Source: Gammaproteobacteria bacterium (GTDB lineage: Bacteria; Pseudomonadota; Gammaproteobacteria; DATFLL01). Taken from it: 64,000 nucleotides of DNA. A model generated the notes under the pieces. It was not told where the DNA came from. It made no database searches and saw only the letters and a list, made by a program, of their open reading frames with translations. The DNA lies in contig DATFLL010000050.1 in the NCBI GenBank assembly GCA_035267785.1, positions 1,289 to 65,288 of the forward strand, in the 5' to 3' direction. The position numbers and the translations under genes are program-made. Positions within the stretch are counted from its first letter, which is position 1. Every line of letters begins with the position of its first letter. Below are positions 39,501 through 47,232 of the stretch, piece after piece.

Positions 39501-41857
39501 AGTACAGCCAGTTCTGCTACACGTTGCAGTACATGCCGGGTGCGACGACCTATCTGGATACCCCGGTGCTTCCGATTGCGGCCTTCGCTGGACCGGGCAA
39601 TCCGGTGGACTGCCAGCAGCCGACCAACACGCCCATTGTGGCCTGGGTCAGCGCGCAGGGCAGCACACTGAATCCGGAAGGTGGTCCGTGGGCGGCCGTT
39701 GGCGACACCATCGTGATCCAGTCGGCGGGCCAACTCCAGGTGTCGAATCCCGCGTTCACCGGTCCGGGCGGCACCGAGCCTCGGTTGATTCAGCGCGACT
39801 ACCGCTTCGGAACGACCTCGGGAACAGTGACGATTGCCGGTACTCCGCTGAATATCGTGTCCTGGGATTCCAACACCATCACCGCCACGATTCCGCGCGG
39901 CACGGATACCGGTGAGCTGGTCGTTACCAGTGCCTCGGGTCTCTCGTCCCCGGTGGGAGTTACGGTCACGGTGGGGCGCGTACCTGGCGGGAGCGTGTTC
40001 CATGTCTCGCCGAGCTCGGTCCCCGGTGCCACCCCTATTCAGGATGCCATCGATGCCGCCAGCGCCGGCGACCTGATTCTGATCGCCCCGGGTACCTACG
40101 ACGAGCTGCCGATCATGTACAAGCCGCTGCAGCTTCAGGGCTGGGGTGCGTGGTCCGTCACCTTGAACTCGCGCAAGGTACCCGGCGAGAAGCTGCAGGC
40201 CTGGCGTAACAAGATCAATACATTGTACGCCAACGGCCAGTTCGACCTGCTGCCGGGCCAGCCCGTGCCGGCCCTTGACGCGGCCAACAACGAACCGGCC
40301 CTGTTCGCGGCCGAGGAGGGTGCGGGTATCACGGTCGTCGCCAAACAGACCGGACCGAACCGCTTCCGTCCGAAGCCCGTCAACGCCCGGATCGACGGTC
40401 TCACCATCACAGGCGCCGACTTCGGCGGCGGCATCTTCGTCAACGGCAACGCTGACCACCTGGAGATCAGCAACAACCGCATTATGGGCAACTCCGGTAC
40501 GTTCGGCGGTGGCATCCGGGTCGGTCACGCGACCCTGACCCAAGAGACCCCCGACGGCCTCTTATACACCGATTCCAGCAACGACAGTCTGCGCATTCAT
40601 CATAACCACATTGCGCAGAACGGTACGCAGGGGGGGACCGGAGGCGGTGTCGCGCTGTATACCGGAGCTAACGGCTACGCGGTGACCGATAACTTTATCT
40701 GCGGCAACTTTTCCCAGGCGCCCGGTGCGGGTGTGGGTCACCTGGGCTTGAGCCCCAATGGTCGCATCGCTCACAACCAGATCATCTTCAATCAGTCCTT
40801 CTCGCAGGACGGGGTGATTTCAGGTGGCGGTGTCTATGTGGCCGGCGCCGCGGCGCTGGCCGCGACGGGTCTGAGTCCCGGCGCAGGTGACGTGACCATC
40901 GACGACAACCTGATTCTCGGCAACCAATCGGGTGCCGGCGACGGCGGCGGCATCGCGACCGAGTCGGTCAACGGCGAGGACGTGGCCGCCAGCCCCGACA
41001 ACGAGTCCAACTGGTACCGCGTGAAGATCGTCAACAACCAGGTGGTCGACAACGTCGCGGGCTACGCGGGCGGCGGCATCTCGCTGCGGGATACCGCCCG
41101 GGCCGATATCGTCAACAACACGATCGCCAACAACGACAGTACGGCGACGGTGGGGGCGGCGTTCTCGCCGGGTGTGCCCAATATGTCCAACGCCCAGCCG
41201 GCCGGCGTCGTATCCCGCGCGCACACGACCGCCCTGGCCGGGGCAATCGGAGCGGTCGGTCCGCAGTTCGCGGCTGGCTTCTCCAACCCGCGCCTCGTCA
41301 ATAACGTCATCTGGCACAACCGCTCGTTCTACTTCGCGGTCAATGACGCCTACGATCCGGATCTGCCGGCGGGCCCGACCAACCAGGCCTATCGACTGCT
41401 GCCTGATATCGGCGCGGGTGATGCTCCGGTCTACGCCGACCTGGCGGTCCTCGGTACCACCGGCTCGCTGGATCCCCGGTTCTCGGTGCTCACCGATACC
41501 ACTGGCTACGACGCGAGCAATATGAGCGCCGACCCGCAGTTCGTCGCGAGCTACGTCAACGGCGACCCGAACTCCACGGTCCAGATGCCGGAGGCCACCA
41601 CGAGTCTGGCGCCGGCGGTGGCGTTCGATGAGGGCGGTAACTTCATCGATATCCGTTTCGGTCCGTTGACACTGAACGACCCGGCGACGGGTGCAGCCTA
41701 CGGGGACTACCACCTGCAGAGCGGTTCGCCGGCTATCGACTCCGGAGACACGACCATCGTGTACAACGGTGCGCTCTCCGAGCTGCTGCTGGATATGGAC
41801 GGTCAGACGCGGCCGCTGGGTGCGGGCGCTGACATCGGTGCCGACGAGGCTCAGTAA
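36575..41857 (+). CDS. giant secreted protein: SdrD-B/Cna-like beta-sandwich repeats + acidic Ca-binding-like loops + IPT/TIG + right-handed beta-helix region
   Basis: GGGAGAG precedes the ATG at 36575. Signal peptide ALLLGAVGFAAGPVYA. Repeated motifs NLPPAKYGIQVVPPAGQGW, ANVPAGAYDLVVWD, IPAGTYIVEMAVPPGYELL. TIG-like TIAGTPLNIVSWDSNTITATIPRGTDTGELVV. Beta-helix repeats (GGGIFVNGNADHLEISNNRIMGNSG...). C-terminal DMDGQTRPLGAGADIGADE. Confidence 0.85.
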   Translation: MFGNTRTIRATRHWIAALLLGAVGFAAGPVYAAQFTLNVVDDNGAPVSGFRWMVEEDVTYPVTPGTPDPTSLSFNFHKSHTPVALDTAGNALEGRTDGSSVTVGSIDPGKRYYVSVLPYGGHSRGSAPLHFDAAATAATVTVVANQNPLPTAQISIFVFEDNQVVNGAPDLPEEHGLGGAGSGWKVLLAEAAGQYGAAGGQVTQDAFGNPLGTEYAPGDPNTIVKLGDGTLTPDANGVLVIKNLPPAKYGIQVVPPAGQGWIQTSTIEGTHTIDAWVKPNEPSYFVEFGPPGHHVFIGFVKATNEFAGNAGGSTISGKIVNNHASRPPDYTFYNGNAFPDCWIGVNNGPAGSGRMVYAQACNSDSTFSIANVPAGAYDLVVWDANLDIVIATLGVTVNADGTCSAPGGACDFGEIPVFNWNARLETSVFFDRNGNGFRDCPSGREACDDFSQDDVGLGADQSAVNLRFRDGRIYESFPVDSTGAAPFDEVFPFFHWLVAEVDFARMKATGATFTVDAGGPVAPGEDLNPQPQTCTADDVAANTDGCTNVGDPRINPNTGDNLSRTETGPVLTTGFQAFLGQTLKLEFGKGLYGPGENGGLSGIVFYATTRAENDPRYAAGEPWEPGVPRVQINLYQEDPVLGYGHIADMDGDGAETPADVDNYPFGNFPGPEDVDHNANGTFDVGDAIRVTTTDSWDDSVPTGCQGDVYYVNGDPNQPTDCFDGLRNFNQIRPGVFDGGYAFGPNVTGDGSAEIPAGTYIVEMAVPPGYELLKEEDKNVDFGESYVPSPLLLPPECVGAPHVVPQYLSMQTDETGVPLPGVAAADLIDAPFAGTSRPLCNRKRVTLANGQNAAADFYLFTQVPKSAHVVGGILNDLANEFDPTKPNFGEKYAPPWLPVSFRDWRGQEVNRVYADEAGKFNALLPSNYTVNIPSPSGVSPNMLTACMNDAGPIPNPNYDPSVPGSQPTIIDPYYNPQYSQFCYTLQYMPGATTYLDTPVLPIAAFAGPGNPVDCQQPTNTPIVAWVSAQGSTLNPEGGPWAAVGDTIVIQSAGQLQVSNPAFTGPGGTEPRLIQRDYRFGTTSGTVTIAGTPLNIVSWDSNTITATIPRGTDTGELVVTSASGLSSPVGVTVTVGRVPGGSVFHVSPSSVPGATPIQDAIDAASAGDLILIAPGTYDELPIMYKPLQLQGWGAWSVTLNSRKVPGEKLQAWRNKINTLYANGQFDLLPGQPVPALDAANNEPALFAAEEGAGITVVAKQTGPNRFRPKPVNARIDGLTITGADFGGGIFVNGNADHLEISNNRIMGNSGTFGGGIRVGHATLTQETPDGLLYTDSSNDSLRIHHNHIAQNGTQGGTGGGVALYTGANGYAVTDNFICGNFSQAPGAGVGHLGLSPNGRIAHNQIIFNQSFSQDGVISGGGVYVAGAAALAATGLSPGAGDVTIDDNLILGNQSGAGDGGGIATESVNGEDVAASPDNESNWYRVKIVNNQVVDNVAGYAGGGISLRDTARADIVNNTIANNDSTATVGAAFSPGVPNMSNAQPAGVVSRAHTTALAGAIGAVGPQFAAGFSNPRLVNNVIWHNRSFYFAVNDAYDPDLPAGPTNQAYRLLPDIGAGDAPVYADLAVLGTTGSLDPRFSVLTDTTGYDASNMSADPQFVASYVNGDPNSTVQMPEATTSLAPAVAFDEGGNFIDIRFGPLTLNDPATGAAYGDYHLQSGSPAIDSGDTTIVYNGALSELLLDMDGQTRPLGAGADIGADEAQ

Positions 41858-41926
41858 TGGGTTCGGCCGGTCGGTGCTCCCGAGGGGCATCGATCGGCCG
41901 GCAGCCGACTCAAGAGGAGTGGAATA

Positions 41927-43159
41927 ATGAACAGCTTCTACGCACACGCAGCAAAGGCGGCTTTGTTTCTCGTCCTGCTAGGCAGCACGGGATTGGCCAG
42001 CGCCGCGGCCTTCATACAGTGTCCCGGTGACACCAACGCCGATGCAGTTCCGGACGTACCGGTGCTCGATGAGCAGGGCAACCCAAGGAACATCAAGTGC
42101 ATGCACTTGAGTAGCGGTGACGGGTTCGTCAACATGGCCGACGGCAAGCTGCAGTACATTTTCAGCTTCTCGGATTTGACTGGTATACCGGAGGCCGACT
42201 CAATAGATGCCGGGATCCTGGCCGCTAACTTCCCGGCCCCGACTATTGCGCTGGATGAAGGCCAGGAATTCTACCTGTCGCTAACGAACGTCGGCATGGC
42301 GCACCGCCCGGATCTGTTCGACCCGCATACGGTCCACTTTCACGGCTTTCCCAATGCATCCTCGATTTTCGACGGCGTTCCCGATGCAACGATCTCCATC
42401 AATATGGGTGCGACGCTGACGTACTACTACAAGATTGTCGAGCCCGGCACCTATATGTACCACTGCCATGTCGAGGCGACCGAGCATATGCAGATGGGCA
42501 TGCTCGGTAACCTCTACGTTCGCCCCGCGCAGAACGGCACTCCCATCGCAGACCCTGACGGCAGCGGTCGGGTCCACGACAAGTTCGTGTACAACGATGG
42601 CGACGGGGTGACGGGTTACGACGTGGAAGTTCCGATTCAGCTCGGCTCCTTCGACTCCGAATTCCACGATGCGAGCATGAATGTCCAGCCCTTGCCGTTT
42701 CAAAACATGAAGGCGCGTTACGCCATGTTGAACGGGCGCGGCTACCCGGACACGGTGCGCCCCTCGAACTACTTTGAATTGAACCCCGGCGCGGCGCAGC
42801 AGGAGAACGGCGGCGTAAACTCTCAGCGCATCAATGCACTGGTCGAGGCCGCGCAAGGTCAGAAGATTCTCCTTCGTATCTCCAATCTCAACGTCACGAA
42901 TTACTTCACCGTGACAGCGCTCGGTATTCCAATGAAGGTGGTTGGCGGCGGCGCGCGTCAGCTGCGCGGGCCGACGGGCAAGGACATCTCGTATGAGACG
43001 ACCTCCGTGACGTTGGGCGGCGGCGAAGCGGTCGAAGTGATTCTCGATACGAAAGACGTCCCGGCAGGTACGTATTTTCTTTATACGACGAACATGAACT
43101 ACCTCAGCAACGGCGATCAGGATTTCGGCGGCATGATGACCGAGATACGCATCAACTAA
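41927..43159 (+). CDS. multicopper-oxidase-fold protein 1: copper ligands only in the N-terminal cupredoxin domain
   Basis: Signal peptide. HTVHFHG (H134, H137, H139) and YHCHVEATEHMQMGM (H179, C180, H181, H187, M192). The second domain has YFLYTTN where ligands would sit. Confidence 0.85.
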   Translation: MNSFYAHAAKAALFLVLLGSTGLASAAAFIQCPGDTNADAVPDVPVLDEQGNPRNIKCMHLSSGDGFVNMADGKLQYIFSFSDLTGIPEADSIDAGILAANFPAPTIALDEGQEFYLSLTNVGMAHRPDLFDPHTVHFHGFPNASSIFDGVPDATISINMGATLTYYYKIVEPGTYMYHCHVEATEHMQMGMLGNLYVRPAQNGTPIADPDGSGRVHDKFVYNDGDGVTGYDVEVPIQLGSFDSEFHDASMNVQPLPFQNMKARYAMLNGRGYPDTVRPSNYFELNPGAAQQENGGVNSQRINALVEAAQGQKILLRISNLNVTNYFTVTALGIPMKVVGGGARQLRGPTGKDISYETTSVTLGGGEAVEVILDTKDVPAGTYFLYTTNMNYLSNGDQDFGGMMTEIRIN

Positions 43160-43190
43160 CGGCGAACCGCGAGCGTTCAGGAGACGGAAC

Positions 43191-44525
43191 ATGAATGTGA
43201 AATTCACACAGCCAGCCCGGCTGTTGGCCATGGCGACGATGTTGTTGTCACTGGCCTGTGCGAACCTGGCGCGGGCGGAGATCGACGGGATCACCGACCC
43301 CACGTCCACGTTCAACCTATCGGCTGAAGCGAATTACATCGCAACGCCGGACGGCGGCAGCACGCTCATCTGGGGCTTTGCCGACCAGAACGGGGGCACG
43401 CCCATGCAGTATCCGGGCCCCACGCTTATCGTCAAACAGGGCGATACGGTCACTGTCAATCTCACCAATAACCTGTCGGTGCCGGTCTCCATCGTGTTTC
43501 CGGGACAGGCCGGGGTCACGGCCAGCGGCGGCGCCGCCGGGTTGTTGACCAACGAGGCGGCACCGGCCGGCGGCACGGTTCAGTATTCCTTCACGGCAAC
43601 GAACGCCGGGACCTACATGTACCACAGCGGCACCAATCCGCAACTGCAGATGGACATGGGCCTGGTGGGAGCCCTGATCGTGCGCCCGACCGGCTATGAC
43701 GCGTCGACCAACAAGATTGCCTACGGACATCCGGACACGAAATACGATCACGAATATCTGTTCTTCCTGACGGAGATGGATGTGGCGATGCACGACGCCA
43801 TCGATCAGGGGCGCCCGCAGGACGTGGACAACACGAGCTATCACCCGACGCTGTGGTTCATCAACGGGCGCAATGGCCCCGATACGATGTCCCCGGCCGG
43901 CCAGCCCTGGCTGCCGCATCAGCCCTACAGCGCCCTGGCGAGAATTCACCCGGGAGAGAAGCTGCTGCTGCGTGTCATCGGAGGGGGGCGCGACACCCAT
44001 CCGTTCCACACCCACGGCAACGACTTCGAGCAAATCGGGCGTGACGGGCGGATGCTCCAGAGCGCGCCGGGCGCCGGGCCGGATTTGCAGCGGGGCGACT
44101 ACACCATGCAGACGGTGCCCGGCGCGACTTACGAGGCGATTTTCCAGTGGACGGGCCGCGAGCTCGGCTGGGATATCTATGGCACCCCGGCACAGGGCGG
44201 TGCAGCCCACACCTGCAATGGGCTCGATACGGCCTCGGCGGGCTTCGACCCTGTAACGCATGAGTACTGCCCGGATCACGGCAAACCCCTGCCGGTGGTT
44301 CTTCCCGAGACCCAGGACCTGACCTTTGGCGGTTTCTACAGTGGCAGTCCGTTCCTCGGCGGGCTCGCCGATCTGCCGCCGGGTGAGGGCGGGCTCAATC
44401 TCTACGGTGGCATGTTCTTCATGTGGCACAGCCATAACGCCGTGGAACAGGTCAACAACGACATCTTCCCGGGCGGTATGACGACGATGCTGATCGTCGA
44501 GCCGCCAGGGGTTCCGATTCCCTGA
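43191..44525 (+). CDS. multicopper-oxidase-fold protein 2: trinuclear-site His pairs only in the C-terminal domain, no T1 Cys
   Basis: Signal peptide. The N-terminal domain is degenerate (IVFPGQ, YMYHSG). The C-terminal domain has HPFHTHG (H270, H273, H275) and WHSH (H413, S414, H415) in place of HCH. Confidence 0.85.
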   Translation: MNVKFTQPARLLAMATMLLSLACANLARAEIDGITDPTSTFNLSAEANYIATPDGGSTLIWGFADQNGGTPMQYPGPTLIVKQGDTVTVNLTNNLSVPVSIVFPGQAGVTASGGAAGLLTNEAAPAGGTVQYSFTATNAGTYMYHSGTNPQLQMDMGLVGALIVRPTGYDASTNKIAYGHPDTKYDHEYLFFLTEMDVAMHDAIDQGRPQDVDNTSYHPTLWFINGRNGPDTMSPAGQPWLPHQPYSALARIHPGEKLLLRVIGGGRDTHPFHTHGNDFEQIGRDGRMLQSAPGAGPDLQRGDYTMQTVPGATYEAIFQWTGRELGWDIYGTPAQGGAAHTCNGLDTASAGFDPVTHEYCPDHGKPLPVVLPETQDLTFGGFYSGSPFLGGLADLPPGEGGLNLYGGMFFMWHSHNAVEQVNNDIFPGGMTTMLIVEPPGVPIP

Positions 44526-44562
44526 GCCGACTAGGCAATGAACTGAGGACAGGAGTGCTGTC

Positions 44563-46713
44563 ATGCTCAAGTCAAAAACATCAATCGCGCTAGTCGGTCT
44601 TCTGACGTTGGCGGCGGGCCCGGCGGCCGCGGTCACCTATGACCTCTGCGCGGGTCCATTTAACCAGACTATGCCCGACGGTACGGTGGTCCCCATGTGG
44701 GGTTTCGCACCGGGCGGCGCGACCGGCGGGGTCTGTGACGCGCCGCCGACGGCGCCGGGGCCCATGCTTACGGTGCCCGACGGGGACAACGTCTTGACTA
44801 TCAACCTTGTCAACACGCTGCCGAATACCAACGGGGCGCCAACGCCCGTGTCGGTCGTTGTCCCGGGGCAGATCACCGCCATGGAACCGCAGCGTAACCC
44901 CGACGGGCGAGTGCGTTCCTTCACGCATGAGACGCTGCCGGGTACACCGGGGGTGTACACCTGGTCGAACTTCACGCCGGGCACCTACATCTACCACAGC
45001 GGCAGCCATCCGGCGGTACAGGTCCAGATGGGACTGTACGGCGGTGTCAAGAGGGACAGCGGACCGGGCGTCGCGTATCCGGGCGTTGGTTATGACGCCG
45101 AGGTCGTGATGTTCTACAGCGAGCTGGACCCGGACCTGCACGCGGCCGTGGCGAGCGACGATTACGGTCCGGGTAAGGGGACGACCAGCACGCTCTACTA
45201 TCATCCGCAGTATTTTCTGATCAACGGGGCGCCCTATGTCGACGGTGTTACGCCGGATCTGGCGGGAGCGCCTTCAGGCCAGCGTACGCTGATCCGCTTC
45301 CTGAACGCGGGCTTGAAGACCCACGTGCCGGAGATCCTGGGACGCTACATGAGCATCAAGGCCGAGGATGGCAAGGCGTATCCGTACCCAAGAGAGCAGT
45401 TCTCCTTGCAGCTGCCGGCCATGAAGACCAAGGACGCGGTCGTCGTCAGCGACAGCCGCTACCCAATCTACGACCGCGCGATGGCCTTGACCAATGGCAC
45501 GGGTGCCGGTCCGGGCGGCATGCTCAGGTTCGTGGCCCTCGGTTCGCCGTCGGCCGCCGACACCGTTACCATCCTGCGCACGCGTCACGACAGCGGCACG
45601 TCGTCGTTCAGTGTGTGGGCCGACAGCTCGGCCGCCGGTGCGGGCACGGTTCTGTCTCTGCAGGGCTATGGTGACATGACTTACGCGGCCGATCCCGACT
45701 TCGGTTACAGCATCGCAGCGGCCGGTGTCGTCACCAACCCGGGCAGCGCCACGGTCAACAGCAGCCTGGGCGGCAGTGACAGCAAGGCTGTGCCGTACAC
45801 GGCGCCGCCCGTGGCGAGTGCCGATGCTGCGAGTGTCGACGAGGGTGCGAGCGTGAACGTCCCGGCGGCCGGCGTGCTGGCCAACGACAGCAAGGGCGGC
45901 TACTTCGGTAGCGGCGAAGCCCTCGCGGCCGTGCTGGTCACACCGCCCAGCAATGGTACGGTGACGCTCAACGCCGACGGCAGCTTCAGCTACACGCACA
46001 ACGGGAGCGAGACGACCGTCGACAGCTTCACCTATCGGGTCGATGCCATCGACACCGGAACCTCCACGACGTTGGCGAGCAGCAGTCCCGCGACCGTGAC
46101 GGTTACCGTGAACCCGGTAAACGACACGCCGGTGGCGGTGGCGGACGCCGTGACTACGGCGGACGGTACGGCAGTGGTCGTGCCGGTCCTGTCCAACGAC
46201 ACGGATGCCGACGGCGACCCGCTCAGTGTCACGGCCGTGACGCAGGGCACCAGCGGCACGGTCAGCCTGGTCAGCGGTACGGTGACCTATACGCCGACCG
46301 CGCCGGGTCCGTACACCGACAGCTTCACCTATACGGTGGACGATGGTAACGGCGGAACGGCGGTGGGTACGGTCACGGTGACCGTGGAGGCGGCGGTTAA
46401 TCAGCCCCCGGTGGCTTCTGACGATGCGGGTACTGTGACGCGCAACAAGCGCAACACTTCGCCGCCGAACTCGGTGACCATCGACGTGCTGGCCAATGAC
46501 AGCGATGCCGACGGTAGCCTGGTCCCGTCCACTGTCCAGGTGACGGTGCCCCCGGCACACGCCGGTACGGTGTCGGTAAACCCGTCGACCGGTGCCATCA
46601 CCTATACACCGCCGGTCAACTTCCGCGGCACCGACGTGTTCAAGTACACGGTGCAGGACGACGCCGGTGCGACGTCCAACGCGGCGAGCGTGAACGTCAA
46701 CGTCGTGCGGTAA
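44563..46713 (+). CDS. copper-ligand-less MCO-fold protein fused to three cadherin-like/Ig-like repeats
   Basis: Signal peptide. Two cupredoxin-like domains lack His ligands (VVVPGQ, YIYHSGSHPAVQVQMGLYG). Three repeats of about 100 aa carry LANDS/LSNDTDADGDPL and FTYTV/FKYTV motifs. Confidence 0.8.
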   Translation: MLKSKTSIALVGLLTLAAGPAAAVTYDLCAGPFNQTMPDGTVVPMWGFAPGGATGGVCDAPPTAPGPMLTVPDGDNVLTINLVNTLPNTNGAPTPVSVVVPGQITAMEPQRNPDGRVRSFTHETLPGTPGVYTWSNFTPGTYIYHSGSHPAVQVQMGLYGGVKRDSGPGVAYPGVGYDAEVVMFYSELDPDLHAAVASDDYGPGKGTTSTLYYHPQYFLINGAPYVDGVTPDLAGAPSGQRTLIRFLNAGLKTHVPEILGRYMSIKAEDGKAYPYPREQFSLQLPAMKTKDAVVVSDSRYPIYDRAMALTNGTGAGPGGMLRFVALGSPSAADTVTILRTRHDSGTSSFSVWADSSAAGAGTVLSLQGYGDMTYAADPDFGYSIAAAGVVTNPGSATVNSSLGGSDSKAVPYTAPPVASADAASVDEGASVNVPAAGVLANDSKGGYFGSGEALAAVLVTPPSNGTVTLNADGSFSYTHNGSETTVDSFTYRVDAIDTGTSTTLASSSPATVTVTVNPVNDTPVAVADAVTTADGTAVVVPVLSNDTDADGDPLSVTAVTQGTSGTVSLVSGTVTYTPTAPGPYTDSFTYTVDDGNGGTAVGTVTVTVEAAVNQPPVASDDAGTVTRNKRNTSPPNSVTIDVLANDSDADGSLVPSTVQVTVPPAHAGTVSVNPSTGAITYTPPVNFRGTDVFKYTVQDDAGATSNAASVNVNVVR

Positions 46714-46731
46714 TCCGAGAGGGCCGAGATC

Positions 46732-47232
46732 ATGCAATACGGTAACGCAGTGTCGGCTCTGGCAGGCGAGGGGGCGGCGGTTCGCCGCCGCTCCCGAGCT
46801 CTGCCGCTGTTGGGTGGGGCATTCGTGATTGGCGCACTGGCGCTGGCCTGGATCTTCTCCTGGTTCAACGCGGGGGCTATGTCGCCGTCGGCGTCGGAGC
46901 TGCGCAATACCTGGGGTATTGAAATCCTCGGTATCCGCACCTCAGCGGCCGGCTATATGCTGGACTACCGCTTTCGCGTCAAGGACGTCGACAAGGCCGC
47001 TCCGCTGCTCGATCGCACGATTCCCGCCTACATCGTGGTGGAGAAGAGCGGGGCCCGGCTCGGAGTGCCCAACCCACCGACCACCGGTCGGCTGCGCGCT
47101 TCGGCCAAGTTTCCCAAGAAGGATCGGAACTATTTCATCTTCTTCGGCAACCCCGGCCACTACGTCAAGGCAGGGGATCGAGTCAGTGTCGTGATTGGCG
47201 ACTTCAAAGTCCAGCACCTCGTTGTGCAATAG
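46732..47232 (+). CDS. membrane-anchored hypothetical protein
   Basis: One N-terminal TM (LLGGAFVIGALALAWIF) and a beta-rich domain of about 110 aa. The next gene starts immediately after its stop. Confidence 0.55.
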   Translation: MQYGNAVSALAGEGAAVRRRSRALPLLGGAFVIGALALAWIFSWFNAGAMSPSASELRNTWGIEILGIRTSAAGYMLDYRFRVKDVDKAAPLLDRTIPAYIVVEKSGARLGVPNPPTTGRLRASAKFPKKDRNYFIFFGNPGHYVKAGDRVSVVIGDFKVQHLVVQ

